This document shows, one piece after another, positions 7,436 to 16,408 of a stretch of 64,000 bases of DNA. This stretch comes from a virus. Taxonomy: Duplodnaviria; Caudoviricetes. Within the stretch, counting starts at the first letter, position 1. Each line of letters begins with the position of its first letter. Location of the stretch: positions 160,001 through 224,000 of the IMG/VR virus record IMGVR_UViG_3300034095_001474. One strand, 5' to 3'. The notes beneath the pieces were generated by a model. That model saw only the letters and a program-made list of their open reading frames with translations, made no database searches and was not told the origin of the DNA. Made by a program: the position numbers and the translations under genes.

Positions 7436-9034
7436 TTACATTTCTGTATTTTCATCTTCTTCTTGTTCTTCCTCTTCTTCTTCAGATTCAGTAACATAAT
7501 CGTCCATTTCTTCAGAAAGTGGTGCGAAAAAGTTTTCACCAATTTTAACACCTTCATCTACACTACCTTTAAACATGTGAATATCTTTTTTTGCATCAGC
7601 AGCGTGAGGAACTGTAATTTTATCCCAATTTTTTTCACCAACTTTTACACTTTCGATTTCTTCAGTTTCAGTTATATCAATGTTTAATTTTTTTGGTGGT
7701 TTTGGCATTTGGTTTTTATCTTTTTTACCCATACTGTAATCAATTCTAGTATCTTCTTCATCATCATCGTCTTCTTCTTCATCATCTTTTGCTTCAGATT
7801 CTTTAAGAGTTACATGTTTAGTTGCGTCAGCAGATTTTTTCTTAACATCTTCCCAGTTACCATTTTTAGGTGCTGGTGCTTTTGTACCTTTTTCAGTTGA
7901 TACAGAACCTTCAACGTGTTTTTTAGCTTCTGGTGCATGTGATACAGCATCATCTAAATCACCTTCTTTAGCAGCTGGTGCTTGAGTTCCTTTATCTTTA
8001 GATACAGAACCTTCAACATGTTTAGTTGCTTCTGGAGCTTTTTTCTTGATATCTTCTAAGTTACCAGTTTTAACTTTTACACTTTCGATATCAGCACCTT
8101 CCATCAAATCTTTAGTTTTAGCCCAAATATCTGTAAATGCAGCATTTTCATCTAATCTAGCTTTACCTTTTACAAGACCAAGAGTTTCGTTTGATTTGTA
8201 ACCCATAAGATGTTTCATGTGAGCCATATCTTCGTTAACCATAGTTTTGTCAGATGCCATAAGAACAATAGCTCTACCTTCAGTCAAAGTACCTTCCCAA
8301 CGGATTTTATAGTTTTCAACACCATCAGTCATTTCGAATGTTTTATTATCTACTCTGTATGATTCTGGTATCATTTTAAGTGCGTTTCCAACACCGTTAA
8401 ATTCTTTTTTAAAGTTAAGTCTTTTCATTCCTTCTTTTATTTGTGGTTTATTATTATTTTTGTTATTATTTTCACCTAATGCTGAGAAAATTTGCATTGG
8501 TTGTGCTCCTTTAGGTATTGTTTCAATATCATCACCAAAACTCATAATACCAGTTGAAGCAGCTACTCTTTTATCAAATGATGCTCTAGCGTTTTTAACT
8601 AAATTTTTACCAAAATCTGGTCCAGTAAAACCTATTTGTTCTGGTACTACATTAGCCCATTCTGGATTGTTACCCATTCTAGTTGAACCTTCAATTGCTT
8701 CTAAAGCTCTTTCTTGAAATTCAGTAATTGGGTCTCTATCATATTGAATCATTTCTTGACCGTTCATGATTTCCATTTGTTCATGGAATTCTTTTTCTTT
8801 TTCATCACTATAATTGAATTTGTTCTTAACAATTTCAGTGTTGTCTATATTTGTGTTCAAAGATTTTTCATAACTAGCTAAATCTTTATTCATATCGTTA
8901 ACACCTTTTTTGTTCTCTTCACCAGATTTTTTAATAACAGCTTTAGTCCCATCTATTCCAGGTGTTTTTGATGTTTCATTTTTGGCTTCGTTAACAAATT
9001 GTGTTAAGTGTTTTTTAATTATGTTTTTGTCCAT
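7436..9034 (-). CDS. Acidic hypothetical protein with 34-aa repeats, putative head-internal/core protein
   Basis: 532 aa; many (L/I/V)xE motifs; upstream GATATTTATA. Confidence 0.75.
   Translation of the reverse strand: MDKNIIKKHLTQFVNEAKNETSKTPGIDGTKAVIKKSGEENKKGVNDMNKDLASYEKSLNTNIDNTEIVKNKFNYSDEKEKEFHEQMEIMNGQEMIQYDRDPITEFQERALEAIEGSTRMGNNPEWANVVPEQIGFTGPDFGKNLVKNARASFDKRVAASTGIMSFGDDIETIPKGAQPMQIFSALGENNNKNNNKPQIKEGMKRLNFKKEFNGVGNALKMIPESYRVDNKTFEMTDGVENYKIRWEGTLTEGRAIVLMASDKTMVNEDMAHMKHLMGYKSNETLGLVKGKARLDENAAFTDIWAKTKDLMEGADIESVKVKTGNLEDIKKKAPEATKHVEGSVSKDKGTQAPAAKEGDLDDAVSHAPEAKKHVEGSVSTEKGTKAPAPKNGNWEDVKKKSADATKHVTLKESEAKDDEEEDDDDEEDTRIDYSMGKKDKNQMPKPPKKLNIDITETEEIESVKVGEKNWDKITVPHAADAKKDIHMFKGSVDEGVKIGENFFAPLSEEMDDYVTESEEEEEEQEEDENTEM
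7815..8065 (-). repeat. About 2.5 copies of a 102-nt (34-aa) coding repeat
   Basis: GATACAGAACCTTCAAC at 7899 and 8001 (102 nt apart); GNLEDIKKKAPEATKHVEGSVS / GDLDDAVSHAPEAKKHVEGSVS / GNWEDVKKKSADATKHV. Confidence 0.85.
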
Positions 9035-9080
9035 CTTTAATTGATTTTATTATAAATATCTTAGTTTTTAGTAAAGTTTA

Positions 9081-10718
9081 CTACTTATTATTTTTTGATT
9101 CAATTATTCTTTTAACTGCATCCATTGATAAACCAGTCTTTTTAGCAATTGTTTTGTAAATTTTGTTTTCATCTAAAGAAGGTGCACTTACATTTCCTTT
9201 TGTTTTCTCAACACTAACTACACCATCAATAGCACCAGAACTACAACCAGAACCAGCTGGTTTATTGTTTAAATCAACACAGTCGTTAAATTTAACGAAT
9301 CCACCATTGTTTAATTGTGTTTCTTTGAAAGCATTTGGTTTTTTAGCTAATCCCTCAAAAACTACTGGTACATTTGTAACTATCGGCATTTCTTTTTTAA
9401 TTGGTTTAGCACTTAATTTAGTAGTATAATCAAATCCACGTCCACCAGTATTCGTAGCACCACCACCAAGTGACATTTCATCAATACCCTTATCGAACAA
9501 TCTGTATTGTCCAACTGGTTCTTTAACTGGTTCTTTTATTGGAACTATTTTTGATTTTAATCTATCTATTGTTGATTGGTCTGTTGATTGGTCTGCTTTT
9601 TGAGTTGCGACATCATTTGCCAAATCACGTGCATCAAATCTAGCAGTATCTTGGTCACGTGAGGTTTTTTGTGTGTCGTATAAAGCTTTAGCAGTTGTTT
9701 GTGATAAACCTTGACCCATTTTTCTTTGAATGAATGCTTCTTCATCTTCACCATGCATTTCATTCAATGGTTCTTCATTAAACTTCATTTTTCGTAAAAA
9801 TGCAAGAAAATCTATATTTTCTTCTTGATTAGGGTCATATTTAATACTTAAAACCCAATTTTTTAAATCTTCATCAAATTTATTGATGTTCATTCCATCA
9901 TGCCAACCTTTGATACCTTCACCTACACTTAATTCACCTATATTTTTATTAACATAATTTTTAATAGCTTCGTTTGTTCTTTCGTAATCACCATATTCAT
10001 AGTCAATATCATTATCAGTTTCATCACCAACTGGTTCTTGTTGTAATTCACCACCAGTTATTTCTTTATTAAAAATATCATCTATGAACGGATGATAATA
10101 AAAAGAATAGTATTCACCATCAGAACCTTCTAAAATAGCAATTTCTTCATTAAATACAACAACAGCAAAACTTAATTGTTGTTGTCCTTCTTCTTCATCT
10201 AATTCACCAGTAACTTCACTATCTTGTTCACCACCACTAATCATTTGTGATAATTCATTTTCGATTGTTTGTTTAGCTTCTTCAGCTGAACCTAAATCTC
10301 TAGATATACTATATTTACCATCTTTTTTAATGATAAGTCCTTTTGATTCCAATTCACCATAAATTTCATCATAACTTAAACCATTTTCAGACCAAAATTC
10401 TGAATAACTATAAAGATTTTTTATTAGCTCTAATGTTTCTTGTTTTAAATCACCATTACTAGTAGATTCATGAATTGGAGGTTTAGGTACTAGTGTTTTA
10501 CCGAATTTACTTAGTTTAGACGTAGGCACCCCTTTAACTGTTACATTTTTTTTAATATTAAAATCAGTAGAGACCTCACCCAAATTTTTAATTTCTTTAC
10601 CAGCAAATCCTTTTTTAAAAGTATTATCTACTATATTTTTTTTAAGTTTTGGAAAACCTTCCTTTAAAAGATTTGTAATTTTGTCAAATTGTTCTTTGGT
10701 GATTTTTATTTTTTTCAT
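9081..10718 (-). CDS. Hypothetical protein, putative head-associated
   Basis: 545 aa; starts MKKIKITKEQF..LLKE; many LxE motifs. Confidence 0.75.
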   Translation of the reverse strand: MKKIKITKEQFDKITNLLKEGFPKLKKNIVDNTFKKGFAGKEIKNLGEVSTDFNIKKNVTVKGVPTSKLSKFGKTLVPKPPIHESTSNGDLKQETLELIKNLYSYSEFWSENGLSYDEIYGELESKGLIIKKDGKYSISRDLGSAEEAKQTIENELSQMISGGEQDSEVTGELDEEEGQQQLSFAVVVFNEEIAILEGSDGEYYSFYYHPFIDDIFNKEITGGELQQEPVGDETDNDIDYEYGDYERTNEAIKNYVNKNIGELSVGEGIKGWHDGMNINKFDEDLKNWVLSIKYDPNQEENIDFLAFLRKMKFNEEPLNEMHGEDEEAFIQRKMGQGLSQTTAKALYDTQKTSRDQDTARFDARDLANDVATQKADQSTDQSTIDRLKSKIVPIKEPVKEPVGQYRLFDKGIDEMSLGGGATNTGGRGFDYTTKLSAKPIKKEMPIVTNVPVVFEGLAKKPNAFKETQLNNGGFVKFNDCVDLNNKPAGSGCSSGAIDGVVSVEKTKGNVSAPSLDENKIYKTIAKKTGLSMDAVKRIIESKNNK

Positions 10719-10724
10719 AGTATG

Positions 10725-10967
10725 TTAGTTATTTTTATTAGTGATATTATTTACCCAAGTTGCTCTCTTAACCCAAAGAGTTTTATATAATTGTGTCAAC
10801 ACGTTTTTAGTTATATCAACAATTTTATCTTCCAACTCTTTTTCGTTTTTTATTCTATCTTTAACAATCTTCTCAATTTTGTTTTTAAACTCACGACTGT
10901 CCATATAGACACTGATTTGTTTATTGACTTCAGTTTTAGTTAAATCCTCGTTTATTTTCTTTTTCAT
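10725..10967 (-). CDS. Hypothetical protein
   Basis: 80 aa, MKKKINED; upstream ATATTTATT. Confidence 0.7.
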   Translation of the reverse strand: MKKKINEDLTKTEVNKQISVYMDSREFKNKIEKIVKDRIKNEKELEDKIVDITKNVLTQLYKTLWVKRATWVNNITNKNN

Positions 10968-11008
10968 TTGGGTAACTTGTTTTATATTAATAAATATAAT
11001 AATTTAAC

Positions 11009-11033
11009 AAAAAAAGCCCTAACTAGGGCTTTT
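11009..11033 (-). terminator. Intrinsic terminator
   Basis: A7-GCCCTA-AC-TAGGGC-T4; stem nearly identical to the 3945 terminator. Confidence 0.75.
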
Positions 11034-11052
11034 ATTTATTATTTATTAAATT

Positions 11053-11751
11053 TTATTTTATTTTGTAATTACCAACTTCTAACTTTAAAGTGCAATTCAT
11101 AAAATCACCACTATTATAGCTTAAATCTTCAACGTTTATTTCTTTTATTAAACAATCAGAATACATCCATGTTTGATAAGGTACAGCTGCTGAATCTAAA
11201 ATTTCAACTGAAAAATTAAATGCTTTACCTTCGCTTGAAAAAACATGCAACGTTTTAAGTACGTTGCTGAACATTTGAATTTTAAAATTTATTTCAATAT
11301 CTTCAAATATATATTTTTTTATTGGTGATTTAAGTCCCAAAATTTTAACGTTGTCATATTTTGATTTAGGTCCACTAATTTTATTTATTAAAAAAGCTGG
11401 TATTCCCATATCTTTTGGTAAATTAATTAAAAATCTATTTTTCCTACCATATTCAACATTTACTGGTACTAGATTTTTTAATTGTTCTTCTTTAAGGTTA
11501 ATGCCTCCTCCCAATACGTTTTTACCTTGATTCAACGGATTTTTCTTTCCAGTTAATTGTTCATAATAAGGATTAGCTTCACCAGTAAATGGGTCATATA
11601 GAGGAATTTCCCTTTTCTTTTCTTCAATATAAACTTTTGGCAACGGTTTAGCAGCTGGTGCTGATTTTCTAACTCTAGGTTTGTAATTTTTCTTTTTTGG
11701 TGTTACCTCTGGTTTTGGTGGTGTTGGAGGTGTTGGAACATTTTGTGTCAT
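11053..11751 (-). CDS. Tail-tube (gp19)-like domain with a P/K-rich N-terminal extension
   Basis: C-half KNRFLINLP...EILDSAAVPYQTWMYSDCLIKEINVEDLSYNSGDFMNCTLKL resembles the myovirus tube pattern. Confidence 0.5.
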   Translation of the reverse strand: MTQNVPTPPTPPKPEVTPKKKNYKPRVRKSAPAAKPLPKVYIEEKKREIPLYDPFTGEANPYYEQLTGKKNPLNQGKNVLGGGINLKEEQLKNLVPVNVEYGRKNRFLINLPKDMGIPAFLINKISGPKSKYDNVKILGLKSPIKKYIFEDIEINFKIQMFSNVLKTLHVFSSEGKAFNFSVEILDSAAVPYQTWMYSDCLIKEINVEDLSYNSGDFMNCTLKLEVGNYKIK

Positions 11752-11757
11752 AAAACT

Positions 11758-12321
11758 TTATTTTTTTATTTTAATGTTATTTAAGATACTTACAGTGTCT
11801 TTCATACAATCACTATATACTTTAGCTGTATAATAAGGTTTAAATTTTAATAAACCCCAGAAGTATTTGTGCTCGTAATCTTTATATAAGAATGTTGTTA
11901 ATTTATCGTTGAACTCTTTATTTGTAAATGCTATTGAGTCTTTTTTTATGTAACCAGATAAATTATAACATTTTTCTTTAAGTGAAAAATAACTCTTTTC
12001 AGATACACTATCTTTTCTTAGTATACTACTTGTAATAACTGAATCTCTAAAATTGTATCTAGTTTCAATTATGTTGGTGATAAATTTTGTTTTAATATTT
12101 AATTCATTAGCCAAACTATCATATTTTGGATATAGTTTCTCCAATTCTTTTGCTGTTAACTCTTGTTGTCTTGATTTATCAGTCATCACAGCAACATAGT
12201 TGTCATTGAATCTTTTTCTTTCACTTTTCTCATTTTGGTATAGTTTAAATACTAAACCCAATGATGTGAATAACAATAATACAACAATAAACAATCCTAT
12301 TATAATTTTATTTCTTATCAT
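11758..12321 (-). CDS. N-terminally anchored membrane protein (DUF6549-like; possible spanin)
   Basis: One N-terminal TM, coiled coil, RDS repeats, K.FWGLLK near the C-terminus. Confidence 0.45.
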   Translation of the reverse strand: MIRNKIIIGLFIVVLLLFTSLGLVFKLYQNEKSERKRFNDNYVAVMTDKSRQQELTAKELEKLYPKYDSLANELNIKTKFITNIIETRYNFRDSVITSSILRKDSVSEKSYFSLKEKCYNLSGYIKKDSIAFTNKEFNDKLTTFLYKDYEHKYFWGLLKFKPYYTAKVYSDCMKDTVSILNNIKIKK

Positions 12322-12323
12322 AA

Positions 12324-12887
12324 TTAAATTCCTTTTTTATCATCTAAATTATCATCATACAAATATTGTTTAGTATCTTTCATATTTGAATTTAAGTTAT
12401 CTCTAAACCCTTGTAATTTTTTTGATTCATTATCATTTGCTGTAGATGTACCATTTAATTTAACGTCAGTTACGTTTAATGACATAGTAAAAGTTAAACC
12501 ATTTTGTAAACCAGTGATTACCAAGTCTTTTTCTTTACCATTTTCACCAGATGAAATATATATACTAGTTACAGTTGAATTAGTCACATTCATTAATTCA
12601 TCAGATAAATCTTTATATCTTTGGTCATCTTTATCCAATTCGATATAAGTATCATCAATAACAAAACCTTCCAATGGTTCGGCTGAATTATTTTCTGGTG
12701 ATTCAGCCATTTCTGGTTCTTCCTCTGGTAAATCATCACCAGGTACCATAGCATTTTGCGGTTCAGCCACTGGTGCTGCCATTGGTGCTGGAACTTCATC
12801 AGCTTCTTTGATTAATGGTTTTTGACTATTTCTAATGATATCCATCATTCTTTTAGTCATGTCGTGTTCATTGATGTTTTCTTTCAT
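12324..12887 (-). CDS. Hypothetical acidic protein
   Basis: 187 aa; MKENINE...LIKE; P/A/E-rich linker. Confidence 0.75.
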   Translation of the reverse strand: MKENINEHDMTKRMMDIIRNSQKPLIKEADEVPAPMAAPVAEPQNAMVPGDDLPEEEPEMAESPENNSAEPLEGFVIDDTYIELDKDDQRYKDLSDELMNVTNSTVTSIYISSGENGKEKDLVITGLQNGLTFTMSLNVTDVKLNGTSTANDNESKKLQGFRDNLNSNMKDTKQYLYDDNLDDKKGI

Positions 12888-12892
12888 ATTCT

Positions 12893-13498
12893 TTATATTT
12901 GTTCAATTTTATTTTTAAATTCTTCACAATTCCAAGCTGGTGATAAATCAGTATAATATTTTTCAATATTACTTTTATAAACAACACCATGGTAGTCACT
13001 TAAATCATCTATTTTAGTATTGTGAGACATAGCCACATTTGGAATAAAAAATTCATCACATAACATGGTAACTAGTTCAGCACTTGCTTCAAATTGTTTA
13101 TCAGAATAGTGAGACCACATATTAAAACCTCTCCATAACTTACCAATAACTTTACCATTATAAATATCACCTTTCCAGTTATAAAACGCAGAATTAGCAT
13201 TTTTTCTTGTTAACCACCCATCATTTTCCAATAAAATAATGATTGATTTGGTATCTAGTTCTAGTTTCCCAAAATATTTTGACTGATACTTTGGGTCGAA
13301 GTGTTTATAAACAACACCAGCCGCATCTATTGTAAATGCAGCTGTTTTATTATATTTTCCATTATGTCTTTTTTTCCAACCCACAACATGTTTCATTTCA
13401 TTGTTGTTGGTGTGACCGATTACTATTTGTTTTTTAATACATTCAATCGGTATATAGTTTTTTTCTTCTAGTTGATACGTTTTATCATCAATTACCAT
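12893..13498 (-). CDS. Amidase_2 (N-acetylmuramoyl-L-alanine amidase)-fold protein, apparently degenerate
   Basis: QIVIGHT...AFTIDAAGVVYKHFDPKY...YSDKQFEASAELVTMLC...TDLSP. The fold pattern is present but expected Zn ligands are altered. Confidence 0.7.
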   Translation of the reverse strand: MVIDDKTYQLEEKNYIPIECIKKQIVIGHTNNNEMKHVVGWKKRHNGKYNKTAAFTIDAAGVVYKHFDPKYQSKYFGKLELDTKSIIILLENDGWLTRKNANSAFYNWKGDIYNGKVIGKLWRGFNMWSHYSDKQFEASAELVTMLCDEFFIPNVAMSHNTKIDDLSDYHGVVYKSNIEKYYTDLSPAWNCEEFKNKIEQI

Positions 13499-14847
13499 TA
13501 TCCACGTTTAAAATATACTTTGTTATTGTCACCGTTTTTAACGATTTTATTTGAACCAATCCTTTCTATTGTATTATTTGTTTTAGGATTAGGAATTTCT
13601 ACTGAAAAACCTCTACCTTCTTTAATTTCTTTGATATCTTCCAAATTAACTTTACCAGTTGTAACTACTGGTTGTTTTTTGTATACTGGAACTTCAACAC
13701 TTTTATCACTAACAGTTGTTGATTCATCATTTACAGCATCATTTACAACATCATTTACAACATCACTTACAGCATCAATTTCAGCATCATCATGTTGTTC
13801 ATCTTCTAGTATTGGTTCTTCAGATTTTGACATTAAAATATAATCTTCATCATTTATTTGTGCATCATAAAACAAATTTATTTCACCAGTTTCTTCCGAA
13901 ATCGTTCCGAAATCGTTCCGAATTTCTATTTCATCATTTACACCCTCATTTACACCCTCATTTACACCCTCACTCTTAGCTTTGATAACTTCAACAATAG
14001 TTGTTGGAGTTTCAGCAGATGGAACAAAAATAGTTTTTGGTTCCAGAGGTGTTTGTTTTCCTTCCAATTCAAATACTCTGTTGGTTGCTAATATTAGTGC
14101 GATTGCCAATGGGTCAAAAACAAATATAAGAAGAAGTATCATATAGTTAACAACGTTAGCCATAGGTGTTCCAGTCAATTCAGAAACATATTTAAGAGGA
14201 CCAACTTCACCAGCTACTTCGCTGCCAGCTTTTAATTCAATTGCTTTTACGTTATAAACATTTACTGAATCTGACAACACAATGTTTTTAGCATTAAGTC
14301 CATCTATTTCAGTATTTAAAAGTTGAATCTGTTTATCTGAACCTTCAATGTCTTTTCTAGCGTTTCTTTGATTTCTATTGTTGGTTGAATTATCCAAACG
14401 TGATTCTTGATTACCTCTAAGGTTATTTAATTGTTCAGCACGTTTAGTTTTTGTTTCAATAATTTTAGCGTTATCAGCTATTGTTTTTTCAAATATTTGC
14501 TTTTTAGCTTCCAACACACCCAATTCACCCTCATGTAACTCTAATTTGTTTGCAGTTGATTGGTAAGCATTTGATAGGAAACCATAGATACCAGCAGATG
14601 TGATAATCATAAGAACACCAACACTTATAGTTAAATAAATTTTTAACCCTCTGGCTAATTTATGCCAATATGTGTGCAATGCTGTTGTAGTGACAATCTT
14701 ACCAACTTCTAACACACTAGCCATTATTATAACAGCAGTGCTCGCACCAGCAAATAATTGACTTAAACCCCATACTGAAAAGTATGCAGCACAACCAGCA
14801 ACTGAAAGTGCTAATATTAACATTATGTAACTAAATCTTATCTTCAT
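13498..14847 (-). CDS. Multi-TM coiled-coil membrane protein with a low-complexity C-terminus
   Basis: Three N-terminal TMs, long coiled coil, a further TM (LLLIFVFDPLAIALI), repeat-rich tail; stop overlaps the amidase start (TAATG). Confidence 0.8.
   Translation of the reverse strand: MKIRFSYIMLILALSVAGCAAYFSVWGLSQLFAGASTAVIIMASVLEVGKIVTTTALHTYWHKLARGLKIYLTISVGVLMIITSAGIYGFLSNAYQSTANKLELHEGELGVLEAKKQIFEKTIADNAKIIETKTKRAEQLNNLRGNQESRLDNSTNNRNQRNARKDIEGSDKQIQLLNTEIDGLNAKNIVLSDSVNVYNVKAIELKAGSEVAGEVGPLKYVSELTGTPMANVVNYMILLLIFVFDPLAIALILATNRVFELEGKQTPLEPKTIFVPSAETPTTIVEVIKAKSEGVNEGVNEGVNDEIEIRNDFGTISEETGEINLFYDAQINDEDYILMSKSEEPILEDEQHDDAEIDAVSDVVNDVVNDAVNDESTTVSDKSVEVPVYKKQPVVTTGKVNLEDIKEIKEGRGFSVEIPNPKTNNTIERIGSNKIVKNGDNNKVYFKRG
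13725..13972. repeat. Cluster of three short tandem repeat families
   Basis: 5x12-nt CATCAtTTACA(G/A), degenerate, 13725-13784; 2.6x11-nt TTCCGAAATCG 13894-13922; 3x12-nt TCATTTACACCC 13934-13969. Confidence 0.9.
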
Positions 14848-14880
14848 CCTTTTTACTTTTAAAATAAATATTCAAAAAAC

Positions 14881-14906
14881 AAAAAAGGGAACATATTCCC
14901 CTTTTT
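14881..14906 (-). terminator. Intrinsic terminator after the sigma gene
   Basis: A6-GGGAA-loop-TTCCC-T run. Confidence 0.7.
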
Positions 14907-14907
14907 A

Positions 14908-15738
14908 TTATTCATTGATTAAATCATATAAGTCATGAGCGTTATGTCTTAATTTACGAATCGCTTTTTCTTTTATCTGTCTAATTCTTTCTTTTGTTAA
15001 ACGGTATTTATCACCAATTGCTTCAAGTGTCATAGCCTCACATTCAGTATCAATACCAAAATAACATTCAATAATACTTCTCTCTCTATCATCTAAAACA
15101 GAAAGTGTTTCATTTAATTGTTTTTTTATTCTATCATCAATTTCTAATTGATTTTCTTCTGGAATCTCACCAGGAATTAAATCAATCAATTCATCACCTT
15201 CTTCATTTATAAATTCATTAAGTGATGCACATTTAGGATATCTAGTCATTGACAGTTCTGTATCACCATCCATAATTTCACCAAATATTGGTTCTCTTTC
15301 GTTTGCGTATTCAAACTTAGCAATCTCTTTATTTAATTTTGAGATTTTACTAATAACATTTGCTGGTAATCTTACAATTCTGGCATTGTCATTAAGACTT
15401 TGAATTATTGATTGTTTAACCCACCATACAGCATATGAAATAAATCTAAACCCTCTTTTATAATCAAACCTAGTTGCAGCTTTTACCAACCCATAATTAC
15501 CTTCACTTATCAAATCTGACAATTGTAATCCTTGACCTTGATATTCTTTAGCTATGGATATGACAAATTTAAGATTGGCGTTTACCAATTCTTCTATTGC
15601 TTTACCATCACCATTTTTTATTCTTTTTGCTAATTCTACCTCTTGTGTAGATGTTAAAATCACTGATTTTCTTACATCTTTAAAATATTTTGAAATACTG
15701 TCTTCAGTCTCAAAATTAACATATCTTTTATTTACCAA
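14908..15738 (-). CDS. rpoD: RNA polymerase sigma70 factor, Bacteroidota primary-sigma-like, lacking region 1.1
   Basis: ANLKFVISIAKEY, DLISEGNYGLVKAA.RFD, FISYAVWW, RIVRLP, TLEAIG...LTKERIRQI; the in-frame start is TTG. Confidence 0.93.
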   Translation of the reverse strand: MVNKRYVNFETEDSISKYFKDVRKSVILTSTQEVELAKRIKNGDGKAIEELVNANLKFVISIAKEYQGQGLQLSDLISEGNYGLVKAATRFDYKRGFRFISYAVWWVKQSIIQSLNDNARIVRLPANVISKISKLNKEIAKFEYANEREPIFGEIMDGDTELSMTRYPKCASLNEFINEEGDELIDLIPGEIPEENQLEIDDRIKKQLNETLSVLDDRERSIIECYFGIDTECEAMTLEAIGDKYRLTKERIRQIKEKAIRKLRHNAHDLYDLINE

Positions 15739-15780
15739 AACGTTTCATTTTTACTCTCTCTTTTCGTTATTTTACTTATG

Positions 15781-15811
15781 TAAATATACGACAAAAAACC
15801 CTAAAAGTCAA
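15781..15811 (-). promoter_or_regulatory. Variant sigmaA-type promoter of the sigma gene
   Basis: TTG(AC) 15811-15809, N20, TATATTTA 15788-15781. Confidence 0.65.
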
Positions 15812-15824
15812 GGGTTTTTGTCAT

Positions 15825-16361
15825 TTATTTTACTAAAAGTGGCATTATTTTTTTATCATAATCTGACATATTTTCAATGCCATTATCGATAATTTTATTC
15901 ATAATAGTTTCTCTTTCTTTGGGTGTCATATCTTCAATTTCTGATTCAGTAAATCTTCTGGGTCTTACATCTCTTTTAATATGAATACCTTTTTCTTTAA
16001 AAGTTCTACTATTTTCTTGAATAATCTTAGCATCTTCAATAGCATCCATCAAATTTGATGCCCTTTTTTTCAAGATATCTTTATTCATTTCATCTAAAAA
16101 ACCAAATAACCCCTTATGAATTTCTTCTTTGGTTATATTATAACCAGAATTTTCTGGGTCTAAATCAAACACAAAAAAACTTCTTTGGTTTAATTTGAAC
16201 CAATCCGTAAGCTCTTTAGGTTCTAGAGCAGAGGAAAAAGTAGCAATAACAATACCTCTAGCATCTAAAATATTTGGTTTATCATCGCTAACTTTTTCGA
16301 TTTCAATGGTAACACCCTTGGTGTCCCCCATTATAACAACACAATAATTTCTAAATTTCAT
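15825..16361 (-). CDS. Hypothetical protein
   Basis: 178-aa ORF with its own promoter. Confidence 0.8.
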   Translation of the reverse strand: MKFRNYCVVIMGDTKGVTIEIEKVSDDKPNILDARGIVIATFSSALEPKELTDWFKLNQRSFFVFDLDPENSGYNITKEEIHKGLFGFLDEMNKDILKKRASNLMDAIEDAKIIQENSRTFKEKGIHIKRDVRPRRFTESEIEDMTPKERETIMNKIIDNGIENMSDYDKKIMPLLVK

Positions 16362-16375
16362 ATATCACTTTTTAA

Positions 16376-16406
16376 CAAATGTACGTTTATTTTTATAATA
16401 ATACAA
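16376..16406 (-). promoter_or_regulatory. Bacteroidota sigmaA-type promoter
   Basis: TTG 16406-16404, N20, TACATTTG 16383-16376. Confidence 0.7.
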
Positions 16407-16408
16407 TT

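Noticed and set aside
13716-13979. Plus-strand ORF with HHLQ/HLHP repeats
   Set aside because: Antisense shadow of the 12-nt repeats within the real minus-strand gene
15793-15819. Hairpin AAAAAACCCT…AGGGTTTTT as a terminator
   Set aside because: It overlaps the sigma promoter spacer and -33 box and has a loose 8-nt loop. It may terminate the upstream gene or be an operator, but I cannot tell which.
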